IMG/VR virus record: IMGVR_UViG_3300009499_000053
Length of the DNA: 64,000 nucleotides
Strand: one strand, 5' to 3'
Source: a virus
Each line of letters opens with the position of its first letter. Position 1 is the stretch's first letter. Positions 38,550 to 48,408 of the stretch are shown one piece after another. The translations under genes and the position numbers were made by a program. The notes beneath the pieces are model-generated. The model was not told where the DNA came from. It made no database searches and saw only the letters and a program-made list of their open reading frames with translations.

Positions 38550-41129
38550 ATGCGTGGAGTGCTTACAAGAGTTGAGCAGAAGATAGAGGAATGGCCAAAG
38601 GGCACTGGTAGGAAGAAGTCTGTCATTTGGCTCTTCATTAGAGGAGAGGATAAGAAGAGGTACGTCTTTAAGGATCCTTTCTTTGAACCCTACTGTTACT
38701 TTAATAGGGGGGTACTGAATGTGACCTCTTTCCCTAAGGAGGTTAAGAAACATGCAGTGGTGAAGATAGAGGGTAAGAGTTATGTAAAGGTCTGGACTGA
38801 CTTTCCTACGTCTGTTGCTAAGTTAAGGAATATTGTGGAGCATAAGAAGCCTAACATAGTTACTACTTTTGAGGCAGATATTGTCTTTCCCCTAAGGTAC
38901 ATCATAGATAAGTTGATTAGGGGACCAGTGGAGTTTGATCCTGGTCAAGGGAATATAAAACCGATAGATGAGAATATTCCATCTAACCTACGTATCCTAA
39001 TCCTTGACATTGAGACACTTGGTAATGAAATAATCTGTCTGACTATATGGGATAATTATGATGAGAAGTACTATACGTGGTACTGGAGAAAGAATCCCCT
39101 TATGATAGAGGAGGAGAAGGATTGGGTAATAACCTGGTGTGAAGACGAGGTATGGATGCTTAAGGAAGCACTTAAGTTCATTAGAAAGAAGAACCCTGAT
39201 GTAGTTACAGGGTATAACGTTGACTTTGACTTAGTGGAAATAAGGAAAAGGGTTCTATCCCTAGCCTCTCCTGAGGTTGGAACAGCATGGGATTATATCT
39301 GTCCTATGCAGGGGAAGACTAGAGCTGACGTCTACCGTATGCCTCCTCCCAGAGATAGGAGAAAGAAGTTTAGAGACTTCTGGGTAAAAAGTAAACACCA
39401 GAGAATACCAGGAAGGAATGTAGTAGACCTTCTACAGATCCTGATGAAGATAGGAAAGCATCAGTTATCTGAGTTTAACTTGGACTTTGTAGCACGGCAC
39501 CACCTTAAACCTTCTATGGGGAAGAGGAAGTTCAATGGGATAATCATCTCTAAGATGTTAGGTAAGATGTGGAATAAACATCCAGTAGAGGTCTTAAAGT
39601 ATAACAAGATGGATGTAGAACTCTGTGTGGAACTGAATAAACAACTAGCCCTGATTGCCTTTGCTGATGAGATAAGAAAGTTTGTGGGGATTCAACTAGA
39701 TGATATTCAGTCTAATAAGAGGATAGCACACATAGAACTACTAAGGAAGAGTAAGAAGCCCTTCCCTGTAACAAAGAGGGAGAAGAGGTCATTCAAGGGT
39801 GCCATAGTAATTGAACCTAAGAAAGGGGTCTATAAGTGGGTCATTGTAATGGACTTTACCTCTCTATATCCTTCAGTTATTCTACAGTTGAATATTGATC
39901 CTGATACATACATTAGCACTAAGTGGAGACACAAGTACAACATTACCAATGCATACATCCTAAAGGATAAGGATGAAAATACAGAGTATTGGTTTAAGAA
40001 GAAGCCTGAGGGAGACCTATCTGCTGTTCTGAGGAAGTTCTTAGCACTTAGAAAGGATAAGAAGATTGAACTAGAGAGGACTAGAAAGACAGGGAATAAA
40101 GAGTTAACTGCTATTCTAGATACCCAACAGTATGCCCTAAAGGTGATAACTAATGCATTCTATGGGTCACTAATGTATAGGGGACAACCATCAGCTTGGA
40201 TGTGTGCTAGGGCTATTACCTGTGGAGCAAGGGAGTCTATTAGGTTTGCTAAGAAGGAAATAGAGAAGTTAGGATACATGGTAATCTATGGTGATACAGA
40301 CTCAATAATGATTGCCTCTAAGTTTAGTAGTTATAAGAAGGTGGTGGAGGAAGCAGACTATCTAAGTAAAAGGGTCTCTGTTAAAATGCCTAAGTTTCTT
40401 AGTTCCTTTGGAGGAACAGGAGATAAGAGCTACATTAACTTAGCACTGGATAAAGTCTTTAAACACTTCCTAATGGATGAGAAGAAGAAGAGGTATGCAG
40501 GAATACCCATAACTAAGTATGGAGAGGACAAATTAGAGGTAAAGGGTTTTGGGACAGTAAGATCAGATACGTCTAAGTTTACAGGAGAATTACAGAGAAG
40601 ACTACTTAAGGAGATCCTACTAGAGAAGGAGAAGGGAAGGATAAAGTACCTTACTGAACTAGAGTTGGAGGAGTTTACTAGAAGACCTCTAACTGAGATA
40701 GGGGTCCCCTGTGTATTGACTAAGCCACCTAGTAAGTATAAGGGTAATTCAATACAGAAGAAGGCATTTCACTTTACCAATAAATACCTGGGAGGAGACT
40801 TTAGGGTAGGGGATAAACCTAAGAGGATCTATGTAAAGACACTCACAGAGAAGGCTCCCATAGAGATGATAGAACCAAAGGGTGTAGATGTCATAGTCTA
40901 TGACGTAAATGATCTAAAGCTTCCTGATTGGTTAGAGATAGACTACCCAAAACAGGTGAATAGGACTGTAAAACCTAAGATAGAGAAAGTACTACAGTTT
41001 GTAGAGATAGAATGGAAGGACCTGAAGTTACCTAGTATACTGATTAAGAAGAAGAAGAAACGGAAGAAGAAGGCAAAGAAGTTGAAGAAGGCAAGGGAGT
41101 TAGTAAAAGGACAGACCAAGCTTGGCTGA
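38550..41129 (+). CDS. polB: family B DNA polymerase
   Basis: ExoI DIET, ExoII GYNVDFD, ExoIII YNKMD; DFTSLYPS, KVITNAFYG, YGDTDS, KKRY. Confidence 0.95.
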   Translation: MRGVLTRVEQKIEEWPKGTGRKKSVIWLFIRGEDKKRYVFKDPFFEPYCYFNRGVLNVTSFPKEVKKHAVVKIEGKSYVKVWTDFPTSVAKLRNIVEHKKPNIVTTFEADIVFPLRYIIDKLIRGPVEFDPGQGNIKPIDENIPSNLRILILDIETLGNEIICLTIWDNYDEKYYTWYWRKNPLMIEEEKDWVITWCEDEVWMLKEALKFIRKKNPDVVTGYNVDFDLVEIRKRVLSLASPEVGTAWDYICPMQGKTRADVYRMPPPRDRRKKFRDFWVKSKHQRIPGRNVVDLLQILMKIGKHQLSEFNLDFVARHHLKPSMGKRKFNGIIISKMLGKMWNKHPVEVLKYNKMDVELCVELNKQLALIAFADEIRKFVGIQLDDIQSNKRIAHIELLRKSKKPFPVTKREKRSFKGAIVIEPKKGVYKWVIVMDFTSLYPSVILQLNIDPDTYISTKWRHKYNITNAYILKDKDENTEYWFKKKPEGDLSAVLRKFLALRKDKKIELERTRKTGNKELTAILDTQQYALKVITNAFYGSLMYRGQPSAWMCARAITCGARESIRFAKKEIEKLGYMVIYGDTDSIMIASKFSSYKKVVEEADYLSKRVSVKMPKFLSSFGGTGDKSYINLALDKVFKHFLMDEKKKRYAGIPITKYGEDKLEVKGFGTVRSDTSKFTGELQRRLLKEILLEKEKGRIKYLTELELEEFTRRPLTEIGVPCVLTKPPSKYKGNSIQKKAFHFTNKYLGGDFRVGDKPKRIYVKTLTEKAPIEMIEPKGVDVIVYDVNDLKLPDWLEIDYPKQVNRTVKPKIEKVLQFVEIEWKDLKLPSILIKKKKKRKKKAKKLKKARELVKGQTKLG

Positions 41130-41132
41130 GGA

Positions 41133-41579
41133 ATGAGAGAGATGTTCAATTCATATCCGCGACTTATCTTGAAAGAAAATAGGAAGGTTCTTTCAGATAG
41201 GGATGCTAGACTGTGGATCAATATAGCTAGGACTCACAGTAAGTTGTGTCTATTTGGACTATACGCCTTTGAGAAGTGGAGGGATAATAGACCACTCATG
41301 GAAACGGTAATCTTAGACGTAATTGCTCTAACAGGAGGGAAGGGAACCCTTGAGAAGTTAGGGGCTAAGTTCCTTAAAGAAGGAAGACAATCTCTTTTCA
41401 TGTTCGATGGGGAGACATATCTTCTAATAGTGGAACATGATGGAACTCCACTTGAGAAGGTTAAGGTGCCCTTGGGTACTGAACTTATCAAAGATAAACT
41501 GTACAAGTTTACATACCCAAATACTGAGAATGGTAACACTGGAATACCAGCTGAGATAATTAGGAGATTTAAGAATTGA
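41133..41579 (+). CDS. hypothetical protein, possibly degenerate AEP primase-like
   Basis: Directly after polB; YPR...LY.F...VILDVIAL resembles a viral primase N-terminus but lacks DxD. Confidence 0.3.
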   Translation: MREMFNSYPRLILKENRKVLSDRDARLWINIARTHSKLCLFGLYAFEKWRDNRPLMETVILDVIALTGGKGTLEKLGAKFLKEGRQSLFMFDGETYLLIVEHDGTPLEKVKVPLGTELIKDKLYKFTYPNTENGNTGIPAEIIRRFKN

Positions 41580-41761
41580 AGAAAAAGACCCATGCTGAGG
41601 AGAATTACGGAAAGTTAACCAAGGAAGATATCCTGAAGATCATAACAAGTTACCTAGGAAAATACGCGGTAGAATCAATAGTTGTAAATCCTCAAGAACT
41701 TAGGATAGTCTACTACGATGAGGAGAAGAAGTTTAACCCTACTAAGAGGGGAAAACCATGA
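41576..41761 (+). CDS. small protein ending FNPTKRGKP
   Basis: Motif. Confidence 0.55.
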   Translation: MKKKTHAEENYGKLTKEDILKIITSYLGKYAVESIVVNPQELRIVYYDEEKKFNPTKRGKP

Positions 41762-42141
41762 CAACAGGAGGTAATTCTGCATTTTGCCCAATATGCAATA
41801 AGGGTAGACAACGTCCTCTACTCAGGAGTATGCTCTTCCCCAGTGATGTAAAGGATATAAGCAGGTGTGGGATCTGTAAACGACTCTTTCTTAAAGGAAA
41901 AGAGGTAGAGATCATTGTAAAGGAAAAACCTAAACTAGGGATAGACCTTGCTAAGATGATAAAAGATCACTACAGGTGTCCAGTATGTTATGAGGTCTGT
42001 GCAGGACTCATGAGTTGGGCAAGTCATTGTGCCCAGAGACATGGATTACCTTCAAGTGAATTCAAGAAGAAGTATGGAGAACCAGAATGGAGTGCATATG
42101 GAATTGACTTCGAAAAGAACTTTAACCCGACCAAAAGATAA
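41758..42141 (+). CDS. double Zn-finger protein ending FNPTKR
   Basis: CPIC..CGIC; CPVC...HCAQRH; terminal motif. Confidence 0.65.
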   Translation: MTTGGNSAFCPICNKGRQRPLLRSMLFPSDVKDISRCGICKRLFLKGKEVEIIVKEKPKLGIDLAKMIKDHYRCPVCYEVCAGLMSWASHCAQRHGLPSSEFKKKYGEPEWSAYGIDFEKNFNPTKR

Positions 42142-42385
42142 GTTTGCAAAGCCTAAGGGTAGACCTGCACCCTTCCCAAAGATGAGGATAAGTCCCCTTA
42201 CTGATGCTCTGGGGTACTATAACTTGAGCTATAAATGTTCAAATTGTGGGATAACAATCATCTATCCTAAGTACCTAGAGAAGGACTTTGTAATGAAGTG
42301 TCCCAAGTGTCTTACAAGGGCTATGATTTCAGGACGGAAAAAAGGAAATGTTAAGAAAAGGAAATGGAATCCAACTGAGAGGTAA
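42029..42385 (+). CDS. Zn-ribbon protein ending WNPTER (true start probably downstream)
   Basis: CSNC...CPKC; terminal motif. Confidence 0.6.
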   Translation: MPRDMDYLQVNSRRSMENQNGVHMELTSKRTLTRPKDKFAKPKGRPAPFPKMRISPLTDALGYYNLSYKCSNCGITIIYPKYLEKDFVMKCPKCLTRAMISGRKKGNVKKRKWNPTER

Positions 42386-42390
42386 TTGAA

Positions 42391-42732
42391 GTGAAGCATA
42401 TACTTAAATCAGGAGAAGGCAGAAAGGCAGACTGTTTTCTCTGTAAAGAACCCCTTGATGGGGATGTCTTCTGGACTGTAATACAATCAAAGAAGGAGAT
42501 ACGTGTATTCTCTTGTCCTAAGTGTGGTCAGGATTATATGCTAGAGAAGAATGTACTTACAGACTGTTGGGAAATTGATAAGAAGTGCCCCTGTAAAATA
42601 TCACTTTCTCTCGAGGATCTTTCAGGATCTCTACCTAAGTGGAGAAAGACAAAGTACTTTTACTGTGATAAGTGTTTTAGTGAGGCATTTGGTAACATCC
42701 TATTTGAAAACCTAGGTGATAAAAGTGAATAA
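42391..42732 (+). CDS. Cys-rich Zn-binding protein
   Basis: CFLC, CPKC, CPC, CDKC. Confidence 0.55.
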   Translation: MKHILKSGEGRKADCFLCKEPLDGDVFWTVIQSKKEIRVFSCPKCGQDYMLEKNVLTDCWEIDKKCPCKISLSLEDLSGSLPKWRKTKYFYCDKCFSEAFGNILFENLGDKSE

Positions 42733-43768
42733 ACTACTCTGGATCTCAGACTATCCCCTAAAGGGTACATCATTCGGTAATGTAACCTTGGAACTCTGTA
42801 GAAGGATACAGAACTATAAGATATACATCCTGGGAATAGGTTACACAGGAACCCCCATAGCTCCTTTCCCTAATATGGATATACTTCCTCTGGAGAATGC
42901 TAAACAGATAGAGTACTATGTAAGGAAGCTTAAGCCAGATAAGACGGTTGTATACCACTCATTCTACTTCTTAGAACAACTAACTGGAATAGAGTTACCA
43001 GACAATACAGTAGGTTACATTCCAGTAGAGGGAGAGAAACTCCCTGCTAACCTAGTAGCTTACCTAACTAACTTTGAGAACCTGATAGTTCCCTCTAAGT
43101 ATTCACAGGGAATACTACGAAAGGAGGGACTTCACTCAGAGATTGTCTACCATGGAGTAGATAGTAACTTCTTCACTCCTGCAAATAAACCACCATTAAA
43201 GGAGTTCAGGTGGGGTTACTTAGGACTTAATGACATTAGGAAACAGATACCTAGGATTATAGAGGCATACTCAAGACTACCAAGGAGGACAAGGGGATCC
43301 CTAGCAATAGCAGCAAAGGGAACTGGACACTATCTTCTCTCAGCAGTAGCTCAACAGTTTAGGGTGTCTCCTATCTGGATAGAGAAGAAGTACTATGGGA
43401 TACCAATGGCTAAACAGAATATCCTAAGTTTCTACCGTAATCTATCATGCTATGTAAACTGTTCATCAGAGGCATTTGGTCTACCTAACCTAGAGGCTGC
43501 TGGGGCAGGGATACCAAGTATAGCACTAGATCATGGGGCTTCTAAGGAGATAATGGGAGGCGGGTCTCTCTATGTTAAGGTTAAGGATATGCTTGATACG
43601 AACATAGGACAACTGGGTCTTGCAGACAGAGATGACCTATACAGAAAGATGAAGGTAATCTTAGAGGTTCCTCCAGAACGAAAGAGGTTAATCAAGGCAG
43701 GAAAGAGGAGAGCTAAGATCTTCACATGGGAGAAGGCATTGAAGCAACTACTGGATGTGATAGATTGA
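42716..43768 (+). CDS. GT4 glycosyltransferase
   Basis: HGVD, RKQ, EAFGLPNLEA. Confidence 0.85.
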   Translation: MIKVNKLLWISDYPLKGTSFGNVTLELCRRIQNYKIYILGIGYTGTPIAPFPNMDILPLENAKQIEYYVRKLKPDKTVVYHSFYFLEQLTGIELPDNTVGYIPVEGEKLPANLVAYLTNFENLIVPSKYSQGILRKEGLHSEIVYHGVDSNFFTPANKPPLKEFRWGYLGLNDIRKQIPRIIEAYSRLPRRTRGSLAIAAKGTGHYLLSAVAQQFRVSPIWIEKKYYGIPMAKQNILSFYRNLSCYVNCSSEAFGLPNLEAAGAGIPSIALDHGASKEIMGGGSLYVKVKDMLDTNIGQLGLADRDDLYRKMKVILEVPPERKRLIKAGKRRAKIFTWEKALKQLLDVID

Positions 43769-44025
43769 GGATAGAGATAGTAAGGAAGAAGGCAGAGAAC
43801 CCAATAGATAAGGATCCTATGATTACCTGGTTATGGGATGCCCTTAATCCCCTCTTTAAGGAGACAGATGGAAAGGTAATGGTCTACATGTCAGATGACC
43901 TAGGACCTAATGAGGATCAGAGGGGTATGGTTATCTACCTAGAGGGTCTGAAGTCAACAGAGATGCGTATAAGAAAGATTATAGAACTAAATCCGACAAA
44001 TAGGAACTATCAGGAGGAGAAATAA
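43726..44025 (+). CDS. small protein with LNPTNR near C-terminus
   Basis: Motif. Confidence 0.5.
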   Translation: MGEGIEATTGCDRLRIEIVRKKAENPIDKDPMITWLWDALNPLFKETDGKVMVYMSDDLGPNEDQRGMVIYLEGLKSTEMRIRKIIELNPTNRNYQEEK

Positions 44026-44324
44026 TGAAATCTATAAAGATAAAAAGGGGTCATTGGCCATCAGGAATATCGAATGGACTAACTATACATTGTAGTGTGT
44101 GTGGAGATATACCTAAGTTTGATTATAGAGTAAAAGATGAACTATGGATTAAAATAATTCCTAAAGCATTTAGAAGAGGAGCAATATGTTTACCATGTCT
44201 AGATAAATTAGCTGTAGAGAAAGGAATAGACATAGGTAAAGGACTAATTAGTTTTCAATATACAGGAATAAATAAGACTATAGAACTAGTGCCAGTTACA
44301 GTATATTATTACAAGAAACATTAG
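44025..44324 (+). CDS. Zn-finger protein related to the C-terminal domain of 29620..30081
   Basis: CSVC...VKDELW...CLPC versus CSGC...VTDELW...CLEC. Confidence 0.55.
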   Translation: MKSIKIKRGHWPSGISNGLTIHCSVCGDIPKFDYRVKDELWIKIIPKAFRRGAICLPCLDKLAVEKGIDIGKGLISFQYTGINKTIELVPVTVYYYKKH

Positions 44325-44414
44325 ATTGATAGACAAACGTAAGATACCTGGGAGTAGCCTTGAATCTTTAAATACAAGCAGGACACTATTAGTTGTTAGT
44401 AGGGATAGATAGGA

Positions 44415-44531
44415 ATGAGTATAGGGAAGATGATTTTTGAGAAGAACCCAGATCTCTTAGAGGAAGAGGAACTGGTAGATGTAGATAACCCTAGTTCAAG
44501 ATATTTTGGAATTGATCAGAATGATAAGTGA
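44415..44531 (+). CDS. 38-aa acidic microprotein with DNPSSR (not in ORF track)
   Basis: MSIGKMIFEKNPDLLEEEELVDVDNPSSRYFGIDQNDK*. Confidence 0.45.
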   Translation: MSIGKMIFEKNPDLLEEEELVDVDNPSSRYFGIDQNDK

Positions 44532-44773
44532 TGAACGAGCTAAACAGGTTTGGATGTGTACTTTCTGTGCTACTCCACATGAGACTAAGGAACAGGCTGA
44601 ACAGTGTTGGGAGTCACACTCTGAGTTAACCATAGACTATATATTCGGTGGGATTGGTGGAGGGGATATGCCTTTGGAGTGTGTTATCAAGAAGCATGAG
44701 AGAGGTTACATTACCAAGATAGCAACTTACACTAAGAAAGAGGAAGTAGAAGTTCAAATGAGGGAAAAGAGAA

Positions 44774-46201
44774 GTGTCAAAAGGAAGTAGAAAAGTAAAG
44801 AAAGGACCTAATATTCTAGATAGAGGAAGGATTAAGAAAGGAACTAAGATTCCAGTAAAGTCCTTATCACCTAAGTTACAACAGGAGTTGAGGGATATAG
44901 AGAAGGATATGAAGGAGAAGAAGAAGACGAAGGAACGAACATGGAGAGACATAAGTATTCTCTGGTACTCTGTAGCACCCTATGTTAAGTCTGGGTATGG
45001 AGTAGTAACTAAGCACTTTGTCTCTAGACTAATATATAGAGGATTTACCACAATGGTTGTAGCATACTATGGACTTCAGAAAGGAGGATTCCTAAAGGTA
45101 GGGGATATAGTAACATTCCCAATAGATGCTCAACCAGGAGATAACCTAGGGTTTAGGTCAGTAGCCCAACATCATAAGAAGTTTAATACAGACTGTGTTA
45201 TCTTCTTTACAGACTTCTGGGTTGCTAAACCCCTAACTAAGGTTGTTAAGGAGACAGTAGCCTATACAGTCCTAGACCATGAGGACTATGCAGAGGAGTA
45301 TCAGGACGTTCTTCGTGGTTTCTTTAAGGTAGCCATAGCCTCTAAACATGGCTGTGCTGAGGCTAAGAAGTATGGGGTAGATGCTCGTTTTATTCCACAC
45401 GGAGTAGATACTGAGGTATTTTATCCACTACCAAAGGGTGCCTGTAAGAAGATGTTGTCAGTAGATCCTAAGACATTTGTCCTGGGGATTGTAGCAGCTA
45501 ATAATGACAAGGAACCCCGTAAGGGATGGGACAAGATGTTCCAGGCTATTCGTATCTTTATGGAGAATAACAAGGAAATGAGGAAACCAGGAAAGTTTAA
45601 GGTTTTCATTCATACTGATGCACGGTGTAATAGGGGTTATGACCTAAAGCTTCTGGCTAAGAGGACAGGAATAGGAAAGTATGTTATCTTCCAGGATCCC
45701 TATATGTCAATTATAGGGTTACCTGACAAACTAATGGCAAGGATCTATTCTGCCTTTGATGTACTAATAAACCTAGCCAGGAGAGAGGGATTCTGTCTAC
45801 CCCTTCTGGAGGCACAGGCCTGTAGAGTACCAGGTATAGCAACTGACTTCTCAGCTATGACAGAAAGACTAAACTATGGTAAGTGTGGTTGGTTAATTAA
45901 GCCAACTACAACAATGTTGTCACCCCTGGGTGGTGTAACTGCCATTCCAGATGAGCACAAAGCTGCTGAGGCTCTAGAGGAAGCATGTTTCAATCTAAAG
46001 AAGAGGGAACTATATGCTAAGCGATCCCTTGTATATGCTAGACAACAGACCTGGGATATAGCTGTTGATAAGTACTGGTTACCTTTCATAAGAGACATTT
46101 GGGCAGACCTAAGGGCTCCAGCACAGAAGAAGGCAGCTAAGGTTCTATTCAAGAATAAACAGAGGAAAAAGAAGAGAAAGATAAAGATAAGAAAACGATG
46201 A
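44774..46201 (+). CDS. GT4 glycosyltransferase
   Basis: SGYG, HGVD, RKG, EGFCLPLLEA. Confidence 0.85.
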   Translation: MSKGSRKVKKGPNILDRGRIKKGTKIPVKSLSPKLQQELRDIEKDMKEKKKTKERTWRDISILWYSVAPYVKSGYGVVTKHFVSRLIYRGFTTMVVAYYGLQKGGFLKVGDIVTFPIDAQPGDNLGFRSVAQHHKKFNTDCVIFFTDFWVAKPLTKVVKETVAYTVLDHEDYAEEYQDVLRGFFKVAIASKHGCAEAKKYGVDARFIPHGVDTEVFYPLPKGACKKMLSVDPKTFVLGIVAANNDKEPRKGWDKMFQAIRIFMENNKEMRKPGKFKVFIHTDARCNRGYDLKLLAKRTGIGKYVIFQDPYMSIIGLPDKLMARIYSAFDVLINLARREGFCLPLLEAQACRVPGIATDFSAMTERLNYGKCGWLIKPTTTMLSPLGGVTAIPDEHKAAEALEEACFNLKKRELYAKRSLVYARQQTWDIAVDKYWLPFIRDIWADLRAPAQKKAAKVLFKNKQRKKKRKIKIRKR

Positions 46202-46215
46202 GGAGGCAAGAATGA

Positions 46216-46668
46216 ATGAGAGACAAAGTAGATGATACAAAAAGATGGAAGTTTATGGGAAAGACTAGACGAGGAAAGGTTTGGGCCTTTCAGATGTCAG
46301 ATGATCCAATGGATGAACTACTTATCTTCTTCACTCCAAAGGGAGCAGTAAGAGGCGGAGACTTCCATGATCATAGACAGTATAACCTAGTCATTAGAGG
46401 ACAGGTTAAGTTCTATGAGAGATATGGTCCAGATATGAAGATACCAGGAAAATGTTGCAAAGTTTCTGGAGAGAATACAACCTTTCTAAAGGAAGGGCAG
46501 ATGCGATGCTTTGAACCGGGTATACCACACTGGTTTGTTGCCTTGACAGACTGTATCATGTTGGAGTTCTTTGAGAGACCAAGAAGTAAGCATGTCCATG
46601 AAGAGTATCGGGACATCATTAAGGCATTTGAGAAGATGCTAGATAAAAAAGAAAAGGAGAAACAGTAA
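46216..46668 (+). CDS. cupin-fold sugar isomerase/epimerase-like protein
   Basis: RGGDFH...PGIPHWF. Confidence 0.65.
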   Translation: MRDKVDDTKRWKFMGKTRRGKVWAFQMSDDPMDELLIFFTPKGAVRGGDFHDHRQYNLVIRGQVKFYERYGPDMKIPGKCCKVSGENTTFLKEGQMRCFEPGIPHWFVALTDCIMLEFFERPRSKHVHEEYRDIIKAFEKMLDKKEKEKQ

Positions 46669-46669
46669 G

Positions 46670-47572
46670 ATGAAAGTATTAATAACTGGTGCTGGAGGAT
46701 TCGTAGGAACTGAAGTCTGTAGACAACTAAGGGCACAAGGTCGAGAGGTGTTCGCTACAGACATAAGTAAAGCTCCAGGTATAGACTATATGGATGTTAC
46801 ACAACTTAAGCCTATGATTAACTACCTACAGAAGAATCGCTTTGGACCTAATGATGCTATTATACACCTAGCTGCTAAGGTGGCTGGGAAGCCTAGTCTA
46901 ACAGATCCTTGGGGTTACTTCTATGTTAACCTAATAGGAACACTAAATGTCCTAGAGGCCATGAAGACCCTTAGGATAGGAAACTTGGTATTTATTTCCT
47001 CTTGGTCTACATATGGTTCTAATATTGCTCTACCAATAACTGAGGCTACACCACAATACCCAGAGAATCCCTATGGTGCATCTAAGAAGGCAAGTGAGGC
47101 ATTGGTGGAATCCTATACAGGACTCTTTCCAATCAGGGCAGTTATCATTCGTCCAACCATGATATATGGACCTGGACAACCAGAGAAGAATGTCCTGCAA
47201 CAGGTTGTAGATGCTATGATCTCTGGGGAGAAGTTTGAGATATATGGTAGGGGTTCACATACCAGAGAGTTCCTGAATGTTAAGGATGCTGCTGCAGCCT
47301 TCATTAGGGGAATCAAGGTGGCTAAGACAATAGATACCTTTGAGGTGTTTGTTCTTGGAACAGAGGACCCCATATCCATAGCAGACCTAGCCAAGATAGG
47401 TAAGAAGATCAAGGACTTTCCACTGATATTTAAGAATGTTCCCAAGTGGGCCTTCTCCCAAGCTAGTAGGATGTCTAAGTTCAAGAGAGGATTCAACATG
47501 GATACTAGGAACTTTGTTACACTAAGGGAAGGTCTAATGGAATGTCTAAAGGCACGACAAAAAAGGGACTAA
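46670..47572 (+). CDS. NAD-dependent nucleotide-sugar epimerase/dehydratase
   Basis: TGAGGFVG, HLAA, YGASK, YGPG. Confidence 0.9.
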   Translation: MKVLITGAGGFVGTEVCRQLRAQGREVFATDISKAPGIDYMDVTQLKPMINYLQKNRFGPNDAIIHLAAKVAGKPSLTDPWGYFYVNLIGTLNVLEAMKTLRIGNLVFISSWSTYGSNIALPITEATPQYPENPYGASKKASEALVESYTGLFPIRAVIIRPTMIYGPGQPEKNVLQQVVDAMISGEKFEIYGRGSHTREFLNVKDAAAAFIRGIKVAKTIDTFEVFVLGTEDPISIADLAKIGKKIKDFPLIFKNVPKWAFSQASRMSKFKRGFNMDTRNFVTLREGLMECLKARQKRD

Positions 47573-48408
47573 GATTCTCTAAGGTCCTATGGATCTCAGA
47601 TCGTTCTTATCCTGACTACAATGGTGGTGCTGAGAGGACAGACTATGTTATACGAGATGCTGGAAAGAAGTTAGGTCTGGAGATAGACTGGATTAGTACG
47701 TTTCCTAAGGATACAGAGAAGTATGACCTGGTTGTCATCTCAAATATCCATATGTGGAAGGATGAGGTAGCAGAACAACTTCTTCTGGAGACATACACAC
47801 CCATACTTTTCTTCTCACATGATCCACTAATACATAGGTGGTACCCCACTGCAATTAAGCAGGCATTCTGTTCTGTTTTTATGAGTCCTGCACACTGTAA
47901 GTTCTATAGAAAGAAGTTCTTCATTAAGAACTACATTGTCCAACCACATGGGATTATAGACCTAGATAGGTGGTATGGGGAGGAGAAAAGAGAGGACTAC
48001 TGTCTCTATGTGGGAGACCTTAATACCTACAAGGGAGCACAGAATGTGTATAAGTGGGCAGAGGAGAATCCAGATAGAGAAGTGAGGGTCTGGGGAAGAC
48101 ACATGGTTAAGTTCCCCTTTACGATAGATAACTTCAAGTACTATGGATGGATGGATGAGGAGGAACTACCTAAGAAGTTAGCAACTGCATCTTACTTTAT
48201 ACACCTACCAGAGTACATAGATCCCTGTCCCAGGATGATAATGTTTGCTCTCCTATCTGGGTGTGAGATTATAGGGAATGATAACATAGGGACAAGTTCA
48301 TATGACTGGCCCTGGGAAAACTTAGACAGAATTAAGGATATCCTGAGGAAGGCTCCTGAGGAGTTTTGGCGTAAGGTAAATAAGTACTATAGGAAGGAAG
48401 AGGGATGA
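47542..48408 (+). CDS. glycosyltransferase-like protein (GT-B)
   Basis: GGAE, YVG...KG, DPCPR...ALLSGC. Confidence 0.65.
   Translation: MSKGTTKKGLRFSKVLWISDRSYPDYNGGAERTDYVIRDAGKKLGLEIDWISTFPKDTEKYDLVVISNIHMWKDEVAEQLLLETYTPILFFSHDPLIHRWYPTAIKQAFCSVFMSPAHCKFYRKKFFIKNYIVQPHGIIDLDRWYGEEKREDYCLYVGDLNTYKGAQNVYKWAEENPDREVRVWGRHMVKFPFTIDNFKYYGWMDEEELPKKLATASYFIHLPEYIDPCPRMIMFALLSGCEIIGNDNIGTSSYDWPWENLDRIKDILRKAPEEFWRKVNKYYRKEEG

Noticed and set aside
22975-41129. Inteins in NrdJ or PolB
   Set aside because: Both are compact, with catalytic motifs at normal spacing and no intein-like insertion.
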